From Macrostomum lignano (lineage: Eukaryota), in NCBI GenBank assembly GCA_002269645.1, contig NIVC01003903.1, positions 6,457-70,456 on the forward strand: DNA of 64,000 nucleotides, in the 5' to 3' direction. The translations under genes and the position numbers were made by a program. Shown in pieces: positions 24,357-36,103 of this stretch. Below the pieces are notes generated by a model. It had not been told where the DNA came from, did no database searches, and saw only the letters and a program-made list of their open reading frames with translations. The stretch's first letter is position 1; each line of letters opens with the position of its first letter.

Positions 24357-25299
24357 TAGTGTAGTTTGCATATGCTGTTTTAATCTTATGCACGCTTTGT
24401 GAATAAATGGCTCGTAAAAAATAAATTTATTGCGTTACAATTTGCGCAAAAACTCATCCGTTTATTTGGAGAAAAACCTCTCATTTTAATTTCTCGTCTT
24501 CGACACTGATGTCTTAGAAATTTCCAATCCAGAATTCAAGCGCAGCCCATCACAGTTCAAAATGAGCAAATCAAAAACTGGACTGCGAGACGAATGATTC
24601 CTTACCAGAACAGGATATTCGACCAGATTTTTCCATAAGCGCCAGTGTATTCAGTACACCCCTGTGCGCCTGCATGTGTCTGCATCAGCTCTGACTTCGT
24701 TGGAAGCTCAACTGCTGGACATCCTCAGCTAGTCTCTTCAAGTATTTAGTCATCACCCCGACGCCGTCGACACCTTCAACAGATTACACCAGGTGAAAGA
24801 CTGCGTTGCTCCGTTCCGGCGCAGCAAAAAATTTCCAGGGTTCCCTCTTGGTAGTTCGACGGGCGGAATACATGCACGAATGGTATTATTTACCCTGCCA
24901 GCTAAGCGTACTACTTATAATCAGTAGAGAGAAGTAGAATGTTAAGGTAGCTGTCAGCAGGACAAAATCAAGGCCAGCAGACTTCTGCTCGCCACGAGTG
25001 CTGCTTGGATTCTCGAAGATAACGCTATAAACAAAATGTGACCCTACTCAGCTGCGTCTCAAAAGTGTACAAGACTGATAAGCCAAAGGTTCTTTAGACC
25101 GACCTGTACAATTTATATATGCTTATTTTGTTTGACGCTCTGGAGACAGCATTTCTTTCGGAGCAAACTCAAACCTTTTTGAGTATTCGAATTTGTTAAC
25201 TGTATATTTAGGTAAGTGCAGGATCGGTTATTTGTTTTTTTTATTCGACTACTAAAACATATTGCTTCACTTGTATTCTGCTTCCAAGCTTGCTTATGC

Positions 25300-25590
25300 A
25301 GCCAAGAGAGCAGGGCTTTGAAGGTCGGGGTTCGAATCCCGATCCCACTGGAAAAAAAATGTGTCCTTGAGCAGGGCACTTAACTCTGCATTCATTGCTT
25401 CAGTTCAGCCAGCTGTAAAATGGGTGCCAGCATTAGCTGGGGTAATTGAGGGTGTGTGGCGACCCCCCAGTTCTTGGACTGAACAGCCGTACGCAGCCTT
25501 CAGATGCGCCGTGCAATAGCTACGGCTGAGCTGTCGGTTGCACATCTAGCGCAATTATGGAAGGTGCATGTAATCAATTATTATTTAAGC
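25300..25590 (+). mobile_element. tRNA-derived SINE with a CORE (MIR-like) domain, 5'-degenerate
   Basis: Pol III B-box GGTTCGAATCCC at 25329-25340. GTGTCCTTGAGCAGGGCACTTAAC...CAGCTGTAAAATGGG resembles the CORE consensus GTGACCTTGGGCAAGTCACTTAAC...CATCTGTAAAATGGG. Ends in a TTA-type tail. Confidence 0.7.
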
Positions 25591-25974
25591 GAAACTGCTT
25601 AACCATACGTTCACTTGGTGCCGTGATGCCAAAGGTAATTTTAAGTGTTTTAAGCCCCATAGCATTTTATAATTATACACCAAAATAAAGTTATCTACAG
25701 TACTCTTATCTCTGTGAACTATTGATCAAACAAAGTAAGCATTAGCTGTGATTGTGAAAACAGTCATGCCAGTCAGCTATCTGGCGCAGAACACATTTAA
25801 GGCCAGTTCTCACATCACCGCCACCAGCTCTGCGGGTCCAAAATTGCTCAAATCAATTTCGAAATGTGTCTGAACCAACTGCACATTGATTTGAGCAATC
25901 TTAGAATCCTAACTCATCCAATTACCCAAAGAGGGCCGTTTTAGATTTGTTATACTTCACTTGCATTCAGAAAC

Positions 25975-26406
25975 ATGAGCGACTGGGCAACGAGCAAGCC
26001 GGGCTCCGCCTACGGTGGCACCGACCGGGATCAGCTGCACTCGTCAGCCAGCTCAGTGGCCCGGTCGGGCAGATCCGGCGGCAGGCGGCTGCTCAGCGCC
26101 CGCGAGCTGCTGCTCATCTGGACACTATTCGTATTGGGCTTCGTGCTCATCCTCAGCGCTGCGGTGGCCTACTCGGCGAGGTTTGCCGGCGCCGGCACCG
26201 CCTGCCTGCTGTGCGGCATCGCCAGCATCGTCGGCGCCTTCGTCTGGCAGTGCCGGGCCAGCGGGGCGCAGCTCGCCGACCTCGGCAAGGCGGCGGCCGC
26301 CGCGAGCACCTACTCGCAGGTGCCCGCACCTGGGGTCGGCGCCAGCCCCTACAACATCCAGGATGATGCGGCTGGCGATGGGGCTCCAGCTGCCCTTCAT
26401 TTCTGA
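25975..26406 (+). CDS. Small membrane protein, 143 aa, two predicted TM helices, unknown family
   Basis: GC-rich coding island like neighbouring genes; acceptor TTCAG|AAAC just before the ATG; hydrophobic segments LLLIWTLFVLGFVLILSAAVAY and AGTACLLCGIASIVGAFVW. Confidence 0.7.
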   Translation: MSDWATSKPGSAYGGTDRDQLHSSASSVARSGRSGGRRLLSARELLLIWTLFVLGFVLILSAAVAYSARFAGAGTACLLCGIASIVGAFVWQCRASGAQLADLGKAAAAASTYSQVPAPGVGASPYNIQDDAAGDGAPAALHF

Positions 26407-26624
26407 TTTGTTTCAACTTCACTATAGTTTTATATTGTAAATTGCAAACAATATATGATTTTTATATTGTACGTAATGGACAAAATTTCTAATGAAGAAA
26501 AAACATTTGTTCTTAATTTTTACGCTCGTATGATGCTTCTCTCCAGAAAATTGTTTGATATTTAATCATCATTTTGAATGATGTGTTGATTCTGCTCGCA
26601 TGCGTTCGGCAAGATCAAAGGCAC

Positions 26625-27290
26625 TAGCGAGTTGGGCGGGAAGGTCAAAAAGAGACACTAGCGAGTGCGGCAAGATCAAAGAGACACTAGCGAGTTGGGG
26701 GAGATCAAAGAGACACCAGCGAGTTGAGCGGCAAGATCAAAGAGACACCAGCGAGTTGAGCGGCAAGATCAAAGAGACACCAGCGAGTTGAGCGGCAAGA
26801 TCAGAGACACCAGCGAGTTGAGCGGCAAGATCAAAGAGACACCAGCGAGTTGAGCGGCAAGATCAGAGACACCAGCGAGTTGAGCGGCAAGATCAAAGAG
26901 ACACCAGTGAGTTGAGCGGCAAGATCAAAGAGACACCAGCGAGTTGAGCGGCAAGATCAAAGATACACTTGCAAGTGTCTGCAAGATCAGAGACACTAGC
27001 GAGTTGAGCGGCAAGATCAAAGAGGCACTAGCGAGTTGAGCGGCAAGATCAAAGAGACACTAGCGAGTTGAGCGGCAAGATCAAAGAGGCACTAGCGAGT
27101 TGAGCGGCAAGATCAAAGAGGCACTAGCGAGTTGAGCAGCAAGATCAAAGAGACACTTGCAAGTGCGGCAAGATCAGAGACACTAGCGAGTTGGGCGGCA
27201 AGATCAAAGAGAGACACTACTCGTAGCAAGTGCGGCAAGATCAAAGAGATACTAGCAAGTTCGGCAAGATCAAAGAGACACTAGCGAATG
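26625..27290. repeat. 32-bp minisatellite (GCAAGATCAAAGAGACACCAGCGAGTTGAGCG)n
   Basis: Read directly. Confidence 0.93.
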
Positions 27291-28066
27291 CAACCAAGTC
27301 ATAAAAGGATAACAACTGAAGTTGAATTGACAACTTACTACACGGATAATAAATGCAATAAAATCGAAAAGCTAAATGATTCATTGTCGAAAAAGCAACG
27401 AGCCCGCAAGATGCATAACACTGTATAATAAGCTTTACGCGTGTATTAATGCCCAGGTAACATTATTCATCAAAAGAAGTCCGAAAAATAAGAAATAACA
27501 AAAACATTGCAATAAATATTTGCTAATCATGTCACAAATGAAACAAAATCCTTTCAATTTAGTTAGCCAGATAACCAGAGTTGCTAACGCTCTGATTATA
27601 AGCATAGCTGGATAACCCATGATTATCTACGTGTATGGATCTACGAGTATTTATTAAATTTTTAACTGAAAGGAATGTGAATGACACTGATTTAATATAA
27701 TACTTTATAAAAACCTACACGTCCTTTTTATAATCTTAGCTGGATTCTGGAATAAAAAATAACAAGTTTAACAGCGGCACTTTAGCGGTAGAAGCTGGCA
27801 TCAGTAGTATAATAAGTGCACGAGCTTCTTATTTATGATAGCATGCTGTACATGCAACAAGGCCTAGCATTGACAGGTGGCACCAGGAAGATTTCGGTTG
27901 CAGGTCGTACAAGTTTGTTAAAAATTAAACTATATTATATTAAATTTTGGAAGCAAAGGTTCCGCATACGGTGAGTTACTATCATAGTCTGATGATTATT
28001 TATTAAAAAATCACGCCATCAGTTCTAAAGAGATGGACCAGGCGCCTGGCAGATTTTATTCCGACT

Positions 28067-31000
28067 TTAGCCTTGCCTCAGCCGCTCCAGGGTTTGAGTC
28101 AGCAGCTGCACCTGGCCCTGAAATGCAAATAGTTGCTTGCCTAGGTAACCTTCGAACCTTTGAGCTCAAAAAAGATTCGAGCTCATAAAGATTCGAGCAC
28201 ATGAAGATTCGAACTCATAAAGATTCGAGCTCATGAAGATTCGAGTTCATAAAGATTTAATTTCATGAATATTTGAGCTATAAGGATTCGAGTTCATGAA
28301 GATTTGAATTCATGAAGATTCGATTTCATAAAGATTCGAGCTCATAAAGATTCGAGCTCATGAAGATTCGAGTTCATAAAGATTCGAGCTCATAAAGATT
28401 CGAAGTCATAAAGATTCGAGCTCATAAAGATTCGAAGTCACAAAGATTCGAGCACATAAAGATTCGAAGTCATAAAGATTCGAGCTCACAAAGATTCGAG
28501 CACATGAAGATTCGAGTTCATAAAGATTCGAAGTCATAAAGATTCGAATTCATAAAGATTCGAGCTCACAAAGATTCGAGCTCATAAAGATTCGAAGTCA
28601 TAAAGATTCGAAGTCATAAATATTAGAGCCAATAAAGATTCGAAGTCATAAATATTAGAGCCAATAAAGATTCGAAGTCATAAATATTAGAGCCAATAAA
28701 GATTCGAAGTCATAAATATTAGAGCCAATAAAGATTCACAGTCATGAAGATTCGAGGCTTCGAGCTGATAAAGATTCGAGCTCATAAAGATGAGACAGCA
28801 CAGCTAACAGTAACAACGGCTCACCCTGGAGTGCTTGATCTGCAGTTCGGCCAGCTCCGTGAGATTCTTGTGCAGGTAGGCCACCCAGCGCTGCTTGAAG
28901 CTGATCAGCTCGGCCCTGGCCGCCTCAGAGATGGTGTTGAACGTGTTAAACGCCGCCTCCTGATCAGCCTCGGCCTTCTGCACCGCTTTGCCCTTAGCCC
29001 GGGCCTTTTCTAATTCTTTATTAGCGGACTCAAAGTCGGCCAGAGCTCTGGCCCGCCTGTACAGCAGGTCCTTGGCGCTGTTGCAGTCGGATACGTAATA
29101 GTGCAGAGTGTCCGCCAGCTTCAGGTCGCTGTCCGAGGCTGTCCGGCCTTCCAGCTTGCGGTACCGTTCGCAGAACTCTGCGAATGAGCTCAGAAACCTG
29201 CCGGGTTCGGGGGCGGGCGGACCGTTGGAATTTTAATTGGTTTCTGTGACATTTGAAGGCGATCGCGGTTGACTATGCACGGACAATGACTAGGGGCACC
29301 AGGCTAACCATGAACGTCATCACCCGCAATCCACGACCATGCACATGCAGCCATCACCCGCAATCCACGACCATGCACATGCAGCCATCACCGGCAAACC
29401 ATACACTGGTCAGCACCCACAAATCCAGAAATCGGTCATCACCTGCAAATCATAAATCGGTCATCACCCACAATCCATAAAATGGTCATCACCCACAATC
29501 CATAAAATGGTCATCACCCACAATCCATAAAATGGTCATTACCCACAATACAGAAATCGGTCATCACCCACAATCCATAAAATGGTCATCACCCACAATC
29601 TAGAAACCGGTCATCACCCACAATCCATAAAATGGTCATCACCCACAATCCATAAAATGGTCATCACCCACAATCCATAAAATGGTCATCACCCACAATC
29701 CATAAAATGGTCATTACCCACAATCTAGAAATCGGTCAGCACCCACAATACAGAAATCGGTCATCACCCACAATCCATAAAATGGTCATCACCCACAATC
29801 TAGAAACCGGTCATCACCCACAATCCATAAAATGGTCATCACCCACAATCTAGAAATCGGTCATCACCCACAATCCATAAAATGGTCATCACCCACAATC
29901 CATAAAATGGTCATCACCCACAATCCATAAAATGGTCATCACCCACAATCTAGAAATCGGTCAGCACCCACAATACAGAAATCGGTCATCACCCACAATC
30001 CATAAAATGGTCATCACCCACAATCCATAAAATGGTCATCACCCACAATCCATAAAATGGTCATCACCCACAATCTAGAAATCGGTCAGCACCCACAATA
30101 CAGAAATCGGTCATCACCCACAATCCATAAAATGGTCATCACCCACAATCTAGAAACCGGTCATCACCCACAATCTAGAAACCGGTCATCACCCACAATC
30201 CAGAAATCGGTCAGCACCTACAATCCAGAAATCGGTCAGCGCCCACAATCCAGAAATCGGTCAGCACCCACAATCCAGAAATCGGTCATCACCCACAATC
30301 CAGAAATCGGTCAGCACCCACAATCCAGAAATCGGTCATCACCCACAATCCAGAAATCGGTCATCACACTTAAACTATAAACCGGTTATTACCCACAAAT
30401 CATAAATCGGTCATCACCCTCAAATCATAAATCGGTCCTCACCCTCGAATCATAAATCGGTCATCACCCACAATTCATAAATCGGTCATCACCCTCAAAT
30501 CATAAATCGGTCATCACCCTCAAATCATAAATCGGTCATCACCCTCAAATCATAAATCGGTCATCACCCGCAATTCATAAATCGGACATCACCCACAAAT
30601 CATAAATCGGTCATCACCCGCAAACCATAAATCGGTCATCGCCCACAACAGAGATTAGCCACGGGGCGCTAAACTCACTCGGCCAGCCCATCGTCCCGTT
30701 CAAACTTGGTGCAGGCGGAGGCGCAGGCTGACACGCGAATGTAGGTGTCCGCGGTGGCTGAAACAGGTTGCCAATTCGAAATTGTAATAGATCAATAAAT
30801 CAAACATGCCAGCAATCCAGATGGGAAAATCCGAGCACCTTTATAATGCCGATTCATCCTGTCAGCCTCGGACAGAGCGGACCTCAGATGCCCGTAGAAC
30901 ACGGTGATGAAGCGTTTCTGAGCCTCGAAAAATTCGTCTTTCTCTTTTTGAGTTGACAGAATTGCGTCATCGACAGTTTTCCAGCCGGTCTTGAGGAAGC

Positions 31001-33753
31001 CCTGCACCATCTCGCGCTTGTTCTTGGACCGGACGCTCAGCTGGGTTGGGAAGGGAAGGGAGAATCGGGCATTAACCTAAGGGGGACTCTCTCAGGAGTA
31101 GAAGGGCGATTCTCTCAGGAGTAGAAGGGCGATTCTCTAATGAGTAGAACGGCGATTCTCTAATGAGTAGAAGGGCGATTCTCTCAGGAGTAGAAGGGCG
31201 ATTCTCACGGGAGTAGAAGAGCAACTCTCTCAGGAGTAGAAGGGCGATTCTCTCAGGAGTAGAAGGGCGACTCTCTCAGAAGTAGAAGGGCGATTCTCTC
31301 AGGAGTAGAAGGGCGATTCTCTCAGGAGTAGAAGGGCGATTCTCTCGGGAGTAGAAGGGCGACTCTCTCAGGAGTAGAAGGGCGATTCTCTAATGAGTAG
31401 AACGGCGATTCTCACGGGAGTAGAAGGGCGACTCTCTCAGGAGTAGAAGGGCGATTCTCTCAGGAGTAGAAGGGCGATTCTCTAATGAGTAGAACGGCGA
31501 TTCTCACGGGAGTAGAAGGGAGACTCTCTCAGGAGTAGAAGGGCGATTCTCTCAGGAGTAGAAGGGCGATTCTCACGGGAGTAGAAGGGCGACTCTCTCA
31601 GGAGTAGAAGGGCGACTCTCTCAGGAGTAGAAGGGCGACTCTCTCAGGAGTAGAAGGGCGACTCTCTCAGGAGTAGAAGGGCGATTCTCTCAGGAGTAGA
31701 AGGGCGACTCTCTCAGGAGTAGAAGGGCGATTCTCACGGGAGTAGAAGGGCGACTCTCTCAGGAGTAGAAGGGCGATTCTCTCAGGAGTAGAAGGGCGAT
31801 TCTCACGGGAGTAGAAGGGCGACTCTCTCAGGAGTAGAAGGGCGATTCTCTCAGGAGTAGAAGGGCGATTCTCACGGGAGTAGAAGGGCGACTCTCTCAG
31901 GAGTAGAAGGGCGACTCTCTCAGGAGTAGAAGGGCGATTCTCACGGGAGTAGAAGGGCGACTCTCTCAGGAGTAGAAGGGCGATTCTCTCAGGAGTAGAA
32001 GGGCGATTCTCACGGGAGTAGAAGGGCGACTCTCTCAGGAGTAGAAGGGCGATTCTCTCAGGAGTAGAAGGGCGATTCTCACGGGAGTAGAAGGGCGACT
32101 CTCTCAGGAGTAGAAGGGCGATTCTCTCAGAAGTAGAAGGGCGATTCTCACGGGAGTAGAAGGGCGACTCTCTCAGGAGTAGAAGGGCGACTCTCTCAGG
32201 AGTAGAAGGGCGACTCTCTCAGGAGTAGAATGGCCATTAGAAGAGCCATTCTCAAAGTCCTATTCTCATAATTATCAAGCCGCTCACATCCTTGTCGAAC
32301 TCCAGAAACACCTTGAAAATGTCGTCCTCGCGCAATTTCGGGTGCTCGGCGATGCGCCGCAGAAAGACTTCGTGCATGGCGACCGTTTTCTTGAAGGTGG
32401 CCAGGTACTCGCTAGGAGACACGGCATGGTTGGGATATTGAAACTTGAGTTCTGAATAGAAATCACACAAAAATATATTTCTGTCTTATTTATGACTACT
32501 CCAGACTGTTGTGAGCCCCCACTCTTAGACTGATGACCCTCAACTTTAGACTGTTGTGAGCCCCCACTCTTAGACTGATGACCCCCAACTTTAGACTGTT
32601 GTGAGCCCCCACTCTTAGACTGATGTGACCCCTCCCCCCAAATTTTAGACTGATGTGACCCCAGTCCCCTTAACTCCAGACTGATGTGATTTCCCTAACC
32701 CCAGACTGATGTGACCCCCCTAACTTCAGACTGATGTGACCCCCCTAACCCCAGAATGATGTGACCCCCCTAACCCCAGACTGATGTGACCCCCCTAACC
32801 CCAGACTTATGTGACCCCCCAACTTTTGACTAATGTGACCCCCACTCTAAAAGTGATGTGACTTCCCACTCTTAGACTGATGTGACCCCCCTAACCCCAG
32901 ACTGATATGACCTCCCTAACTCCAGACTGATATGACCCCACCTAACTCCAGACTGATGTGACCCCCCTAACTCCAGACTGATGTGACCCCCCTAACTCCA
33001 GACTGATATGACCCCCCTAACTCCAGACTGATGTGACCCCCCTAACCCCAGACTGATGTGACCCCCCTAACTCCAGACTGATGTGACCCCCCTAACCCCA
33101 GACTGATGTGACCCCCCTAACTTCAGACTGATGTGACCCCCCTAACCCCAGAATGATGTGACCCCCCTAACCCCAGACTGATGTGACCCCCCCAACTTTT
33201 GACTAATGTGACCCCCACTCTAAAAGTGATGTGACTTCCCACTCTTAGACTGATGTGACCCCCCTAACCCCAGACTGATGTGACCCCCCTAACTCCAGAC
33301 TGATGTGACCCCCAACTCCCGACTCACGCCTCCAGCTCGGACTTCATTTTGTCGTACTCCTCCTTGGACATGGAGCTCTCGCCCTCGCCCAGCCTGGCCA
33401 GTTTCTCTCTCGACGAAGAAAAATCCGGCGTCGGCGGCACCGGCGGGATAACGCAGCCGGCGTATTCGACATTCTCGGCCAGGCGGTCGGCCAGCCAGGC
33501 GAATTCTTCGTGTGTTCGAATAACGGAGAACTCTGGCCGGGCGAACCGCGGCACCAGGCTGGTCACGGTGCGGATGGTGAACTTCACGCGCTCCTTTTCG
33601 CTGAGAGCGTCGGAGATTTCGACCCGCAAGTCGTTGCCATTGCCAAGGTCGACACTCTCGGTGCGACCCTGGCGACTGTCGGACAGGTCCACGTGGTGCT
33701 GCTCAAGCTCGTCCTGGCGCGGTTTGGAAATCGATTGTAATTGTTACTAGCAT
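28067..33753 (-). CDS. SNX6: Sorting nexin 5/6/32 family (PX-BAR), ~406 aa; exons 33753-33748 (tentative), 33713-33328, 32411-32288, 31040-30839, 30757-30679, 29197-28825, 28117-28067
   Basis: [79 protein letters not shown] and [13 protein letters not shown] match SNX6. All junctions are GT-AG and phase-consistent; the six firm exons total 1215 nt. Confidence 0.93.
28170..28790. repeat. 16-17-bp minisatellite (AAAGATTCGAGCTCAT)n in the last SNX intron
   Basis: Read directly. Confidence 0.93.
29330..30650. repeat. 25-bp minisatellite (AATCCATAAAATGGTCATCACCCAC)n in an SNX intron
   Basis: 25-bp period (29461 versus 29486); shorter variants at the right end. Confidence 0.95.
31075..32230. repeat. 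23-bp minisatellite (TCTCTCAGGAGTAGAAGGGCGAT)n in an SNX intron
   Basis: Read directly. Confidence 0.96.
32495..33320. repeat. 25-bp minisatellite (GACTGATGTGACCCCCCTAACTCCA)n in an SNX intron
   Basis: 25-bp period (33001 versus 33026). Confidence 0.95.
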
Positions 33754-35938
33754 TCAATCCATGTATACTTTACCAATCGCTATGGGAACAGAAAAATGCT
33801 AAAATATGATGCTTATAGTTGGAATGCTTTTAATTATACATTTTAGAGTCTAATCTGATTATCATGTCAACAAACTTGAAGTAAATACTTTTTTGTGACA
33901 TTTTTAAGATTAGGATAAAAAAATCTTAAACATATTAAGTCTTAAGTCTTAAACATACCCTCTCCCTAAACCTAGACTATTGGAGCCATGAAGGCAATAT
34001 GCATGCAGAAAAATTCCTATACATAAATAGACAAAAAGTATTAACTTTTTATGACATACAGTGCAATTTTGTTGTTATGAGAGAGGTTGAGGAGAAGTGG
34101 GGTACAAATGTTCATTGTTGCAATGTGTCACCCATTGCTTGCTTGCTTGTTCCTTCCTTCCTTTCCCCCTTCTGTTTTGTGTATATATATGAAAGAACCT
34201 GGAAGGTTTTTGTTGCTTTTGTACAGTACTTGCTAAATATATAGGAGCAACTGGCTCTTTGGAGCAACTTTTTATATAGCTCCAATGTAGATTCTTTGCA
34301 GGTCCTACATAAGACTAATTAAACAATGTCCAATGCAAGACAATGAGATAATTAAACAATAGAAAATGTCCAAAAAGGAAAATATATTTAGATAGGCTTA
34401 TTATTTAAAGTATTGAAAATGTAAAAAATATATTTAATTAATGTTGCAATAGTAATAATCTTTGAGATAATTTATATTAAGTATCTATAAGTGTATATAG
34501 CCAAAGACTTGGGCTTTCCAGTTGTAGTTACAAAGTTTAAGTGCCTAGTGCACAGTTGCTTTATTTATATTTTATCCGCATTAGAAAAATGATACCATTG
34601 ATATTTCCAATATGTATCAATGTATATACATTGTTAGATATACCTATAGATTAAGATATATTATCTATAGATATACCAATCTGCATACGTTTTTTTTGTT
34701 TATAAGCCCTAGAATTTTCCAAAATAATATATATCTCCTTAAGAATAGATAGACATATATTAATAAAAAGGGCAAAGGTTAGGCCAAAATATAATAGTAT
34801 AATGGGGTTTGAGTTCTTGTATATCATTTAGTGTGCCATTGTTGTAAGTCTTTTTGCAAAGTAATTATTGGTATTTAATTATTTTATTTAATTGTACATC
34901 TGTATACATTGTTTGACATGTTAAGCAGATTAAGTTTAGACTATTTTGTTAAAATCTTAATACTCCAATTTCAAATGACTATTAAATCATTTTGCATTTT
35001 CTTGCAAGCTGCTTGTTTAGTTTGTTGCTCATTGCTTTTGGCTTTGTGCTGGCTCTGATATTTAATAGATAAGTATACTAAATAGTTTGCAGATATTTGA
35101 CTATTTTCAATAGCTCCCTATAATTTGCCTAGTTCACTTTTACTTTCTCATATATATAAATCCTAATCGACTGCTATACAACTCATCAACATCAACAAAA
35201 GAAAAGTAGGCTTAATAAAATTGTCACAATAGTCAATATATTTAAAATTATATAAAAATATTTAGGGCCCAACTTTTAGTATCATTTCAATTATATAATA
35301 TTATAATAAAATTAAGCCTACTTAACACCTTAATATCTTTAAATTAGCAATTTACAATTAAAGATTTATGCAACTAAAAATTTATAAATCCTAAGGAGAG
35401 TCAAAGCCCAATAATAAGGCAAAAAGAATAGTCCTTTATTTGGCAAATAAAAGGAACATATCGTACCTAGGCCTAATGCCAAAAATTGATCCTTTTTAAT
35501 CTCTACTAGGCCTATATGTTTAGGCTTAACAAGGCATAAGCCAAAGGTCTTAATCTTATTTTTAAAATCCTAGTTTACTAAGGCATATTTAGTATCAATA
35601 ATTTTGATTCTATCTAACCCCAATTTTAACCTATTTTATATTGCATTAGGCCCTAGACTAAATGCAACATTGCAATTGTGCAAAAAATGCAAACATATCA
35701 AACAAAGCTAGGCCTAACTTTCTATTTTGTAAATGTAAAGCCTAAGGTTAAGCCTTGCTTTTGGCCTTGGAATTTAGCATGCCACTTTTTTAAATTAGGC
35801 CTAGGCCTAGGCCTAATGCTAGATTGCTTTTGCAAAAACATAGGCCTACCTGACCTTGGTAACAATAGGATATTTAACCTTGAGCATGGCTAGAAAAAAG
35901 CAATTGTTTTACTATTATTATATACATATATGCTCAAC

Positions 35939-36080
35939 CTTGGGAATCACCCGGCCATTTCTATTGGCAACACACACATGTAAGTCACTATTGGCTGAGA
36001 GCAATCACGTGACTACTATTCCATCCAATAGCAACTTACATATGTGTGTTGCCAATAGAAATGGCCAGGCGAATCCCTAG
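35939..36080. mobile_element. ~140-bp fold-back element / MITE
   Basis: GGCCATTTCTATTGGCAACACACACATGTAAGT pairs with ACTTACATATGTGTGTTGCCAATAGAAATGGCC; outer CTTGGGA/TCCCTAG; short centre. Confidence 0.7.
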
Positions 36081-36103
36081 ATTGCACCTAAGCATGATTA
36101 TAT

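Noticed and set aside
25321-25350. Possible tRNA gene
   Set aside because: Only a B-box is present, with no cloverleaf; the downstream CORE-like block indicates a SINE.
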